Below are positions 12,094 to 24,550 of a stretch of 64,000 nt of DNA, piece by piece (positions within the stretch are counted from its first letter, which is position 1; every line of letters begins with the position of its first letter). The stretch lies in contig NW_003314334.1 in NCBI RefSeq assembly GCF_000143415.4, forward strand, positions 637,614 through 701,613, read 5' to 3'. The translations under genes and the position numbers were made by a program. The notes under the pieces were generated by a model. It was not told the origin of the DNA. It ran no database searches and worked only from the letters and a program-made list of their open reading frames with translations. This DNA is from Selaginella moellendorffii. Lineage: Eukaryota > Plantae > Lycopodiophyta.

Positions 12094-15000
12094 ATGGAAG
12101 GCTCTCCAGCGCCAGCGGCGTTGCACTGGCACGGTGGCGACGACGCCATGGACGAGGATTTCTCGTTTGACGACATTGATCGCTGGGAGATTGGCAAGGA
12201 GAGGCAGAAATTTCGGCGATACAGGTATGTGTTTCTCTTCCTGTGAGAATGCTGGTGAAATGCAGCAATGGCACAGGACGCGGCATCTTCCAAGCACGTC
12301 GCAGCTTGCCAAAGACTTGCAAATTCCAGCCAAAGTGGAGCGGCGTCCCGAGCCAGAGCTTCCTAGCTTTCCCGAAGAGCCAGTGATGGACAAGCAAGAG
12401 TCCCCGGTTGCTGTACCACGAATCAAACATGTCAAAGAGGTGTGGTTCTTGCTGCTACTCTTCTCTCTTCTCACCCGCATTGGTCTCTAGGAACCAGATC
12501 AGCCATCTGACGCTGGAGAAGATTCATTTGAGCGCTTTGCTTCTGGCGTGGATACATGGCTACACGGTTCACCACTTTTGTTTTCTAGTCATACACTTAT
12601 GTTTTTCTTTGACAGGCTTCACGTCTCTTTCCGAGCTCTTGAGCGAGTTTGAAGACATTTGCCGGGACCTAGCGGAGGCAGTCAGGTGAAACAACTTGCT
12701 GAAAACGACTGGAAGTTAGCAGCTTTTTCTTTACAGAGACGAGGCAGCTGAGAAGCATCGAGCTGTAGAAGACAGGGTTCTACGTCAGAAGGCTCAATTG
12801 CTACATTCCGAGGCTTCATCATGGGCACTTCTGTGGCATTTGTATGGAAAAGGTAACATCGCTTATTACGTTTCAACGGGACTGACTTTATTGTTTCTTA
12901 GAGGATAGCATGGAAGACAATCAGGTATTTGTATGCATGTCTTCTGGTTTCACCTGATAAACATATTTTTTATGGCAGAAAGCAAGCACATCAGCCCAAG
13001 TCGCGTCCGAGTTTGTAAGAAACGATGAGACTGCTCAAACATGTCTTCGTCTTGTTCAGTGGCTCGAGAGTCTGGCGTCCAAGGAATTGGATTTAGAAAA
13101 GAAGGTAAAGCTCTTCTATGGAGTATATGCGTGTCTACAGACCTTATCGTTACAGAGGAAGGGATGGTATGCGGGATCATACACTCAAAAGTTAGGCCTG
13201 TGGGATCAAACAAAACGTGCAATCAAGAAAAATATTGGAACTCACTATGTTCGACATTTGGATCCTGATGCTCCAACTCGAGAAGGCTTACAGTTGCATC
13301 CCGAAGATCAGGTACTTCGTTCTTACGGGTCCTCTTCTTGCGTATATCGTATTTATCGCAGAAACTGGAAGATGGTCTTTTAGAAGATGTGTGGAAGCTC
13401 ATCCGAGCTGGAAGAATCACAGAAGCGCAGGACCTGTGCCGCACGTCTGGACAGGTGAAGCAAAAACCATGCGCTTATTTATTGAATTAATTACAGCTAT
13501 TTTTCATTCTCAGGCGTGGAGAGCTGCAAGCCTAGGTGGCTGCTTGACTGGTTACTCATCTACAATGCAAAATGCATTCAACGAGCGAGCTTTAGAAGCT
13601 ATAGAGCTTGATGGAGGACTTGGACGCCAAAGGAAGCTTTGGAAATGGGCTTGTTTTTGTGCTTCCGAGGTATGGACTTTGAGCTTGTGTTCGTGTTTTC
13701 TAACAAGGTGTTTCAGAAAATAGCGTCAAGTGAAGGGGGGAGATATGAGAGTGCCGTTTTTGCTGCTCAGTGTGGCAATGTAAACCATATGTTACCTGTT
13801 TGCGCCGACTGGGAGGTATTGTGCTGTGTTTCTAATCTGAAGCAAGCCATCGTGTTTTTGCAGTCGGCATTTTGGGCTCTTGTGAGGTCTTGGCTAGATA
13901 CTCAAATCGAGTTGGAGCTTTCTGACCGACATCCTTCAAGCACGATCGATTCATCTTCCACTTGGCCCGACCCTGTTGTTGAGCAGCAACCTCGTGATTT
14001 TATCAACTTGTTTCAAAAGCTGTACTCTGGGTACACATCTTGTCTTATCATGAATCCGTGCTGACCTTTTATGTGTCTCTCAGTAATCTGGTTAGTGAAA
14101 GTGTGAGACGGAGCTGTAAGGAACAACATCGACTTATACAGGCAAGTTTCTTGTTACTTTACGTTGTAATTGATTTTGCGTTGTACAGATGCACGTTGTG
14201 GTCTCTGATATAGCAGCGTTACTGGAAATGCTGAAAACGTGGATTCTTCCCAGTCGAGACGACAGTTCTAACATCAAGTACGTACGCTTTGATCATTTTG
14301 CGTTAAGCTGAGTTTCTCTTAGGCCACACGGGCATCCTCAAATGATCCGTTTCGCCGCACATCTGGTTCTGGTGCTGCGGTCGATTCTTCCGGAAGGATT
14401 GAAGGAGCAATACGCTGACAGGCTTGAATTGGTTGGAGATTTAATCCTGAACACGTATGATCGATTTTCACTTCCGTTTACTTGTTTATGGTTGTTATTC
14501 TTTTAGGTACGTGATTTTTCTGTTCACGCAACAGAAGGAAGAGCTCGTTGGCCCTTATGCCTCTCATCTAGCCCCGCACTTGTGCGTGGACCTTTACGTG
14601 CATATGATGGAGCTACGGCAGAATGACAGGTAAGTGGTTTATCTGTTTGTTAAATTCAATCTGACCTGCATTTTCATCAGCGAGATGGTAAAACGTAAAT
14701 TGTTCTCCTCAGCAATGGAATATCTGCCATTCTACGATGACGGAAAAAAGGGATCCGTGTCGGCTATATGTAAGAGGTAATCTGACTCTTTTTGTAAATA
14801 TTGCTCACCAGTCTAACTATCTGCTACTTTATAGTTTCTTGGATAAGTCGCGTGAACTCAAACCATCCGTTAGTAATGTGAAAGCTGAAGACTCGGAGAG
14901 GGTGGAAAACTTACAGAAAGGACATTCTGTGCAATGGATGTGCTTTACTCCTCGAGCAGGTCTACCAGATTCAGAGCTAATGAGGATAGAGTTACTTGCT

Positions 15001-16427
15001 CTTGCTTTACAGCACAGGTATATGTGTGATATTTGAATACTGCTATTGATTTTCCTGTCATGTGCAGTAACATTTTGTTGCGAGAGATCTCACTAACGTC
15101 ACTATGGCGTAGTGTTGAGATTCCGGAAGGCTCGCAAGCACTTTTTGGACATCTTGCGGCACCATTAAAAGAAGAAGCAGATTCTGTACTTCTGCACGAG
15201 AACTACGACACAAAAGAAAACTACCAAGAGTTTCTTGATTGGGTACGCTGCTGCCTGGCTTTTTTTTTTCTTTCCTGGTATGTATAAAAGTTGTTCTTTC
15301 AGCAAGAATACTTTTCTTGCGACGCACATTATCGAAGCTGGCTATCAACAATTGAGAACTTCAGTTCACCCGAAGAAAGAGCAAAGTCTTTTGCTACTGC
15401 GAGACAAGCCCTTGACACAGCCACTGCTTTTCTTCACAGTAAGTTATCCTTCAGCCTATGTTGTTCTCACATTTTTGTTTCCAGATAGCGAAGGAAAGTG
15501 GCTTCTGGGATCTGAAGTCATTAACGATGAAGCCTTCGAATCCGTGGAACTTTTTGCCACTGTCGTTTTATCGAGACCATCGGATCCTTACTTTGTTCCA
15601 GACCCTACAGTTTGCACTGCTCTGAACAGCGCATTGTATTTGTGCATGGGAGAGCTGGCTTCCAGTCAACGTAACTTGACGGTAAAAAGAACTCTTATCT
15701 CGTGTGTCTGTAATCTTACGACTCGAGTGAAACAGGTGAATGTGGCTGTCAATCCTCAGAACAATATGTTACTGGACATAGAGCTCAAATGTGCGGCTCT
15801 TGAAGGGGAAGGCATTGAATCACTTGTATCAAGTGATGGTGGATTTCTGTCAGCAATCATGGCTGCTGGCATTAAAGGTTTACTTTTCAAACTGGCCATC
15901 AGGATTTATTTCCTTGTTTTTTTCTTTCATTGCAGGAGAACTTCCACATTTCCATCCTGGTGTTGCGATAGAAGTTCTTCGAATGGATGCGTTTTCTATT
16001 CACTCGGATGGTGTACGCCGGGATGCTCCATTCGTGGCGCGGGGTATTTGCCGTCGTTGCTGCCTTCCAGAACTTGTGCTACGATGCATGCAGGTGCGTC
16101 AAATTTAATTTGCAATTCCTTGCCCATCGTGCTCATCCTGGAACTTGTTTCAGATTCGTGCCTGGCTTCCGGTCTCTGAAATGGCAGCTAGTGATGATCC
16201 TGAGGACGATCTAATACAACTGGTTGCGTCAGGAGCTCTTCAGGGACTGTTTAGCGGCAGTCAGCTAGAGGTATTATCGCATTTGTCCAAACAGATTACA
16301 TTACAGGGAAGCTTTGTACAATGTGCAGGAGTTTTTGTTGCTAGAACGGGAGATTGTTTTGCGGAGAATGGAGGCTGGAGAAGACGAGCCACGGGTTTCA
16401 GAGGCCGAGGATATGCTGCATGAGTAA
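12094..16427 (+). CDS. NUP107: Nuclear pore complex protein NUP107, many exons
   Basis: ERQKFRRY, THYVRHLDPDAPTRE, GQAWRAASLGG, RKLWKWACFCASE, RPHGHPQMIRFAAHLVLVLR, PTVCTALNSAL and RGICRRCCLPELVLRCMQ; ATG at 12094, stop TAA at 16425-16427. Confidence 0.93.
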
Positions 16428-16889
16428 CGCAGCTCTTGGGGAGATGGGAAAGTATTCTTGAGCCCGTTTTTTCGAGAAGTGTACTTCTCTGCAGGAATGC
16501 GGTTGAAACCGTCGACCTGTTCAGCGTCATGCAGTATTTACTGAAACTAAATCGACATGTTATCATGTCCAGTCAAATTTGCAGAGGCTGATTTAATTAT
16601 CAGCATCGAGAAGTAAAAAGTAAAATTTGAAATAAAAAGAAAACATGTCTTAACAAAAGTTTTTATCTCAAAAGTATTTTAGTTACTTGCGAAATCTTAC
16701 TAGAAGCCAGATCCCAGAAACTCGGCTTACAAAATTATGAAAGCGTACACTTGACTGGAAGTTTTCAGCATCAGCCCAGACACCTTTTCTAGAAAAGAAT
16801 TATAAAGTCGAAATGTCATAGACTCTCTCTTATGCTGCAAGGTCTAAATCAGAACATACAATACAATACAATTGTGCTTCTCATTTTTC

Positions 16890-19526
16890 TTACAAGTTGT
16901 CAAGAACTCCTTTTACTTGATCCAGCTCCACAAATTTCTGCTTCACCATCTCCAAAAGCTCGGGATTTAGAGCGCAGCCCTGAGATTTGACATGCCTCAG
17001 CAATTCGCTCATCGCTCCATAGTGTTTGTCCTCCGCCGCTTTAGACAAGAGGAATTCCAGGAGCACCTACACAGGAGAGAGAGCAAAAAGATCACGAAAC
17101 TACCGAACTTCAACAAACAAGAACAAACGCATTGATACAAACCTTGCTGGGTTTGAGGCGAGCTTTCCTCATCTCGCCGAGTGCCTCCACGGCCACTGGC
17201 CAGTTCTTGGCTACCGCGTTGGCCTCTATGAATTGCTCCAGTGCTGGCTCATGGCAGTAAACCTCCGAAGTTTGCATCTCTTTGAAAATCCTGTAGGCCT
17301 CGGACAGCAGATCGACGCCTTTTTCGTGTCGGTGCTCGGCTGCTGAGAGGATTTCCGAGAGGTGTGACTGAGGACGATCCTGTTCTAGGTGCGCCGCGTT
17401 CGTCAGCCCGGACAAGAGCCTCGAATACGTTCCCTGAGCAAGCCACAAAAGAAAAGTGTGTGAGAGTTTTCAAAGCACAGAAGCTGACGAGCTTACGGCA
17501 TTTGGTCTGAGACCCCTGTTTTTCATGTCCCTGTACGTTCGTAACGCCAGGCCGAACATTCTTCTCTCGCAAAGGTGCTCAATCAAGATGTTGAAGCTGC
17601 CTTTGTTCGGCATTATCCCTTCGTCGTCCATTTTCTCCAGTGTGTTTGTGATGCCATCGTCATGCTGGAGTTTGGAGTACGCTTTTAAGAGCGAGTTAAA
17701 GAGTCTCACGTCTTGTTTGCCTTTCCGTCTAGTCTGGCTCTCGGCGGCCAGTTTGTCCACCATGTCCAAGTCGCCAATGCTTCCGTAGCCCCATATCAAT
17801 ATACTATACGCGTTACCACCTGGAATAAGCACAGATCTTGAAACAATTGTTCTGTCCAAAACAAAGAAACTAGAACTTACCTGGCCTAACTCCTTTACGA
17901 CTCATGTCAACAAGGATCTCGTGAGCCTCGTATACTTTCCCCAAACTGACGTACGCATCCATCACACACGAGTACATAATCTGCAGGATGATGAGAAGGT
18001 AATAAAAAGTTTTGCAGAATACATACCATGTCAGGGTGCATTCCTGAAGCTTGAATTTCAGCAATTGTCTTTCTAGCTTTCTCGAGAAGACCGCTACGAC
18101 CGTAAACGTTAAGCAGCGAGCGATAAACAATCTGTAAAATAGAGGGAAGTATGCATGACATGAACCATCGAATCGAACATGCGTACCTCGTTTGGTTCTA
18201 GACCCGACTCTTTGATAGCTGCAAAAATCTTCTCCGCCTCTGCTGGCTTTCTCTTGCGTGCGTAGAGGTTGATAAGGTAGCTGTAGTGGTACAGCGTCAA
18301 TGTTACACCTTCAGACCGCATCTCTTCCACGAGCGCCTTGGCCTTGTCTTCCATTTCAGTAGCACAGTAGACGCGCAACAGCGAGCCGTATGCGTAGGCA
18401 TCAGGCTTCAGTCCCCTGGCTTTCATCTCCTCGAGTAATTCTTGAGACCTTTCATAACCATTGTGGATCTTCAAACAGGCGCAAAATATCTGAAAAATAA
18501 AATGTAGGATGATGAGCAACGGAGAACACAGCTAAATTAGCTTACCGTGGAATATGTAATGCTGTCTGGATGAAATCCCGATTCCTTCATCTTGCGAAAC
18601 AACCTGAAAGCCCTTGTGACCTTCCAGTTGTTGACAAGCGTACTTAAGATGGAGTTGGCAATAAAAGGATTCAGCTTAAGCTCTTCGCTCAGAGAATTGT
18701 ATACGTATAAGGCCTTCTGGGTCCTTCCCACTTTACCAAGCAAGATGATGAAAGTGGAATACGAAGCCCCAGAACACTTGCCTGCCTTCTCCATCCACTC
18801 GAACAACTACATGAAACGTTTAAGCAAGGGAGAAAGAAAGGTAAAGAGGAAAGAATAGTTACTTCGCAAGCATCGTCCCAACGTCCGTGGTTTCCAAATC
18901 TCCGCAACAGCAGATTTAAATCCGAAACCTCCAGTTTATCACCCACTCTGCTATCCATTTCGAAGTGTTAGCATTTTTGCTTTGCAAATGAAAACAAAAA
19001 GGATCTGTATGTACCTCGTTAGCGCGGAGTCCAAATTGCTGGCATTCTGAACGACGAGCACCGCAGTTCGCCTATCCGCCCACTTTGGCTGCTTCGAGTC
19101 CCCAGTGACGAACAAAAACTTCTTGAAAGCACTGCTCAGAGTATTCGTACTCTTCCTCACCTCAGTACCCGGTTTAGCCTTCGTCAATTCTAACCAAGGA
19201 TTATCTTTCTCGGCCCCTGGAGAGCTAGAGCACTGCTCCTCAGCTACCAATGAATTCCTATCACCGCCATTGTCATTATCCACACTAAGAGTCCCAACCG
19301 GTACCTCTGTTCCATTCACAAATCCTTCGGAGCACGAGACCCTGCTACTACTACTACTACCACTAGAACTAGTTCTACATCCTGTTCCTTCCCACTGTCC
19401 TAGACCTCCCAAAAACGAAACTTCTCTCTGACTCTGGGAAGTGAATGGATACCTGGATTGAAACTGGAGCTGCGAGCAGCACGACTGAAGCACTGCTGCT
19501 GCTCCAGGCAGCAGCAGGAGTACCAT
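16890..19526 (-). CDS. P-class PPR protein, plastid-type, similar to Arabidopsis At1g10910 (EMB3103)
   Basis: Transit-like N-terminus; KLEVSDLNLLLRRFGNHGRWDDACELFEWMEKAGK, ALYVYNSLSEELKLNPFIANSILSTLV, CLKIHNGYERSQELLEEM and LYHYSYLINLYA parallel the At1g10910 repeat series. Confidence 0.85.
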
Positions 19527-19705
19527 TGTCTCCTCTACTCTTAAGAATCACTGCATTACAGAGGATTAGAAACCCCTAGGAACAGAGCAGACGAAAGCCA
19601 GCGTATATACCAAGAACCTCAAAGCTTCCAATTGAAAGAGATTTACAAAAACCTCGAGTGGTGACCTGATGAGTGAGGAAGAACTATACAGTTGCTTTGC
19701 TTTTT

Positions 19706-20209
19706 TCAGCTCGCATCGGTGTCTGGCTTTGGATGCTCGCCGGGCTTGTCAATCGCGACTTCCTCCCAATCACCAGTTTCTAAACACAGCAGCGATTCTC
19801 GTGAGAAAGAAAAGAAGAAAGGAAAAAAAAAACTAGCTTAGTTTCTTACCACGAATCTTGAGAGTCATCGCAACGATCGCATCGTTCTCCACCTGGTTAA
19901 GAGAAATCACGGAGAAATTTGGATCGAAATTCTACAAGGGAGGGAAATATTTGCAAGCGAACCTTCTGATCAGCGAGAGTTTTGTGATCCTCCAGCACGA
20001 GCTTGTTGGCGATCAAGATGAGGCGCTGATCATCGACATGGTTCTCGCTCAGTGCCTGTAGCTTCTGCTTGATCTCCAGCACGGTCTCGGAAGGATCGCA
20101 ATGCAGGAAGTAAGTCGTCTTCTTGCGCTTCACTCGGATGAACATCGACTGGAAGAAGCAAAGAAATCCGATCGCAAGAGAGCGAGATTTCGAGAGGAAA
20201 TCTTACCAT
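19706..20209 (-). CDS. Elongin-B-like ubiquitin-like protein; first coding exon is the ATG alone
   Basis: ATG|gtaag at 20209-20207, then SMFIRVKRKKTTYFLHCDPSETVLEIKQKL...QRLIL...LEDHKTLADQK|VENDAIVAMTLKI|...DWEEVAIDKP; stop TGA at 19708-19706. Confidence 0.9.
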
Positions 20210-20244
20210 GGCGCGCGGCTTCGCGAATCGCCGCCTTCTCAAGA

Positions 20245-21482
20245 ATGAGACTAAGAACCCTAAACACGATGAATGCTAGCCTGCTTAACAAGGGATCTTT
20301 TGCTAGCGCCCCGGGAGCTTTTCCACTCCACCGCGCAGCCGATCGCCGGATCCTTGGCGCCACCGTCGCAATGGCAACTCCAGCAGTCGAATCGGGGCTC
20401 TCTTCTCGCAAATCGCGAGTGGTGGTTCCCAACTTCCAGGGCAAGAAGCTCGTAGGTATTTTGGATGATACTGGATCTCCAGACCTCTGCATTCTCTGCC
20501 ATGGACTGCGATCGAGCAAGGTATGCTTTCGATTCGATTGCTTCTTCACAAGAGCGAGAGATTGGCCTCTTTTGGCCTCTTTTTATCTCAGGAGTCTACT
20601 GGTTTGGTTGTTCTAGCCAATGCTCTAGCGGAAGCCGGCTTAAGCACGTACCGATTCGATTTTTCTGGCAATGGGTGAGCCGATTGCAATGAGATTTTTC
20701 ACGAGATTGTTTGTTCTTCGTCACAGGGAAAGCGAGGGTGAGTTTTCTTATGGAGGATACTGGCAAGAAGTAGAAGATCTTCGTGCTGTGGTTCTTCACT
20801 GGAGGGCTCATACCCGGCTCGTGAATTGTATAATCGGTCACAGCAAAGGTGTGTGTGTTTCTCTCTCTTTTGGCTCTCGAGTTTTGATGATCTTGGCCGT
20901 GTAGGTGGCAATGCGGTGTTGCTATATTCTTCCAAGTATGGCGATGTTCCTCTCGTCGTGAATTGCAGTGGACGTGGTTTGCTCAAGAGAGGCCTCAAGT
21001 CACGGCTTGGAAGTGACTTTATGGGGCGCCTGGATCGTGAAGGTTTCGTCACCGTTAGAGATAAACAAGGTAAGATCTCCTCGAACTATCAAAATGCATG
21101 GTTTCATCTATGTATTGCTTTTTTCAGGCGACTTCAATGTCACAAAGGAGAACCTTATGCAAAGACTCTCCATCGATATGTTTGGCGAGGTGGGAAAAAT
21201 CCCAAGCAACTGCAGGTACTCAAAAGTTTGCCTTCGTTCTTCCTTTCTTTGGTTTTAATCTTTTGGCTTCCACCGCTTCACAGAGTGCTAACGATACATG
21301 GCTCGGAGGACGAGGTTGTGACCGTGGAAGATGCATACGAGTTTGACAAGCACGTACCAAATCACACTCTCAGAATCGTGGAGGGAGCTGATCACGGTTA
21401 TAGTTCTCATCACTCGGAACTAAAACAAACCGTGCTGGAGTTCGTCCAAGGTGAAAGCTGCCAGGGCCGGGCCTTGATGTAA
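20245..21482 (+). CDS. Alpha/beta-fold hydrolase (esterase / S33-like), probably plastid-targeted
   Basis: ILCHGLRSSK, RFDFSGNGESEG, nucleophile motif IGHSKGG, VLTIHGSEDEVV and IVEGADHGY. An alternative start Met lies at 20269. Confidence 0.9.
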
Positions 21483-21717
21483 AAGGTAGTAGTCGTAGCC
21501 ATCTTTGCAGATCTTACAAACTAATTCACTGTTTTTTTCCTTCTTGCCAGTAGGAGCGAGCTGGTTCCTTCACGCGTATTATAATTTCATCCTATATGTT
21601 CTCAGCATAGAGAAAACCGGCATTGTGACGGACCGTCCAAGGTGACGACGCTGTCCTTTACCGCGGTAATAAGATCCGAAGCTTTGAGACCGACCATCTT
21701 CATTTCATTTCCCAGAG

Positions 21718-22392
21718 ATGGAAGTCACAGGCCTGGTGATTGTCACAGCGATCGTAACGTTTCTTTCTGCAGTGACCGCGGCCGAGGAGGTGGCTCAAGC
21801 TCCAGACTATGCCAAGCAATGCGCTCCGGACATAATCGCGTTGCTTCCATGCATGCCAGCGGTGAAGGGAAGCGGGAGTCCTCCCACTCCTCAGTGCTGC
21901 AGTGCGATCGCGGAGCTTTTGAAGGACGATCCCATCTGCCTGTGCTATGTTGCCGCGGACGCTGCGCAGAGAAACGATCCAAACATCAACGCTACTGTTG
22001 CTTTGCAGCTCCCAGCGCTCTGTAATCTCAAGGCGGACGTCCACAAGTGTGATGGTAAGTGTGGAAACACAAGTAAGCTCTTTGACAAAGTTTTTTTTTT
22101 TGCTTTCTCTTCTCGCAGGCTTTCCAGGATTTCCAGGGACTGGAATGGCACCAATGCCAGGAATGGTACCGGGAGGTGAGATGCCGCCGATGCCATGGAT
22201 GCCAGGAATGCCACCGATGATTCCAGGAGGAGGTAAAGTCCCTCTAGTTTTCCTTCTTTTCTTCCTCAAGGCTTTTGCTTTGCAGACGCTCCCCCAGCGC
22301 CTACACCATCCTCCACCTCCATGACGATCCCAAAGCTTTATCATCTGGCAGTAGCACTCGTTCTACCAGCGATCCTCACGTACGTAGCGTAG
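21718..22392 (+). CDS. GPI-anchored non-specific lipid transfer protein (LTPG / xylogen-like), 3 exons
   Basis: Signal peptide; 8-Cys motif C..C..CC..CLC..C..C; Pro/Met/Gly-rich linker exon; hydrophobic C-terminus LYHLAVALVLPAILTYVA* (TAG 22390-22392). Confidence 0.88.
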
Positions 22393-22559
22393 AGAAGGTC
22401 TATTTTTTTTTCGTTTCTGTTCTGATGAAAGAACAATCCCCCAAGAGCTCTACTCTACGCAGGCACTATTGCTTTTCTTCAAACACAAACATGTTAGAGT
22501 GTAGAAATGCTAAATCGTCGAAATAAAACTAGTTTCTTACCACTCGATCAAATCCTACT

Positions 22560-24550
22560 TGTTCGACCATCCTGTCTTTGATATAATACAGATGTTCTTC
22601 CCAGGTTTTCCATCGTTTTCTGCTGAAACAGGAAACCCGAGCTCTTTGTCTGCTCGCTGCCGTCGTCGTTCAGCAGTAGCACTGCTTATCACGAAAGGAT
22701 CTTCCGTTAAAGTCATGACCCGTGGCAAGTCTTCCTTGAGAGCAAGCCATCAACGCTTTCAAACACCCGTGGAAGTAAGTCCAAAATGGAGGATCCGGGA
22801 CGAAGCAAAAGACGTAAGCTCTGGAGCACCGCAGGGCCGACGTCCGCCTGCTTAGGAACAGTTTAAGACCGGTATACGTAAACCGGAATGTAGTACCTTT
22901 TGCTCGAGTTATCGCGACTTTCAGACGTCGATAATCTTCCAAAAAGCACAATGGATAAATCACTATATCCATTTCGTCCACAGTTTCAGCCTCTGAAAAG
23001 GAAATCTAGGCGAGCATTTATGCATGTACTTGACTTTTATATGTGAGATTATTCCAACCTCAAGATTGCAGTAGTTTCTGTAAAAGCTCGCATTAGAACG
23101 TCAACCAGCTTACAAGAAGATTCGTACCTCTTTTCACTTTGGAAAGACTTCGGCAGGATTTAAAGAGTTCCCTCGTTTGCCTATCGCTGTGAACTTGTAT
23201 GGCAGAACTCAAGATGACATTCGGGCCATCTTGAACTTTCCGCAGGTAAAACTATAGTTCGAGAACCTGTAGATGGCCGTGGAGTCTCTGGAACAGCCCA
23301 CTATATCTAGCATTCTGTGACTCTGCGGAGACCCAAGCTTTTATAACACGATATCAATGCACAAAGCATACCTTGCTGATTACAGTAGGAGGTAACAGTT
23401 GGTTACTTTTGTGGGACCAAAAACGACCCGGCATTGGTGCTGATAAGTCCTGTAAGCTTCGTAATAGCATTTTCGATTCTCGGCAGATCATTGTATAAAA
23501 AGCTCAATAGTCCCAAGTAGTTCGTGTCCGAGGTTATCAAACTCCTCCGCACGAAGTCTAGAAAACGTCGCGAGAATCTACCATGCCTGTCAAATAGTAG
23601 TTCAGGAGCTGCCGTTCACCTTCACAAAGCGTGAACTAACTTCCAGCATCGGTGGGAGCACCAAATTAATACCTGCCTTCCCGAATTTTAGAACACCGAG
23701 AGTAAAACAGCTAACAACACCCGTACCCGGTGGTCCTTGTATTAGCCCACGTAAGGCTCTCCGTTCGCCTCAAGTGCCGCAACCGTACTCGATACGGCTT
23801 TCACTTGAGAGTTATTCAAATAAGCAAACATCGTTCGGATTTGCAATGAAACACTACGAGTTTCAACATCTGCTCCATCCGTCCAGAGCCCCTGACAGTC
23901 CACAAAGTCGGTAAAGTGAAGTATTCATAGTGAAAGAAAGCATACCTTAATGCACTGCAACACCTCCTCAAACATCTGATACCGACATATATCACCAGCG
24001 AGAGTTCGTTCCAAATTCTCGACGCTGCTGCTAGCGAGCTTAAACGAAAAACCATCCAGCTACGCAAACCCGGCTTCCAGCACTCAGATTTAGTGTAGAA
24101 CTCAACGTGGCTTCTTTGGACCTCCCAAGAATTTCTTCCACCTTGGAAACCAATGCTGTGAAGTAATGCTACTTAAAGTACCTGGGACTTCTCAATGTGG
24201 TCCAAAGACCACTTGTGAGAACATGAGATGCAAGCGTCTCAAACTTTACTGCTTCATTGACAGGAAAACGAACGAGATCGGACGCGTCGAGCATTTATCT
24301 GGTCGGAAGTTCTCTGTAGAAATCAAAGAAGGATGAGCGTCTCGATCGTGAACAAGGCAAGGATTTTCCTTGAAAAACCAACACCTACATCCAAATCGAA
24401 TCGCTGAATCGCCATAGCCGCTCTTGTTCAATGCACCACGCATGTCGAATCCCAGCGGCCTGAAACAACGCTCTCAATCACTGGAACGATAAATCTACGA
24501 GAAAATCCTCCGCATTGCCACTTACAAAGCATCATTGTCGCCGAGCGCCA
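22560..24550 (-). pseudogene. Decayed superfamily-1 (SEN1/UPF1/DNA2-NAM7-like) helicase gene
   Basis: Manual reading of the minus strand gives LNNSQVKAV, a frameshift, LIQGPPGTG (~23720-23745), SGLFQRL, EVGIIS and FLEDYRRLKVAITRAK (~22900-22945), with in-frame stops. Confidence 0.75.
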
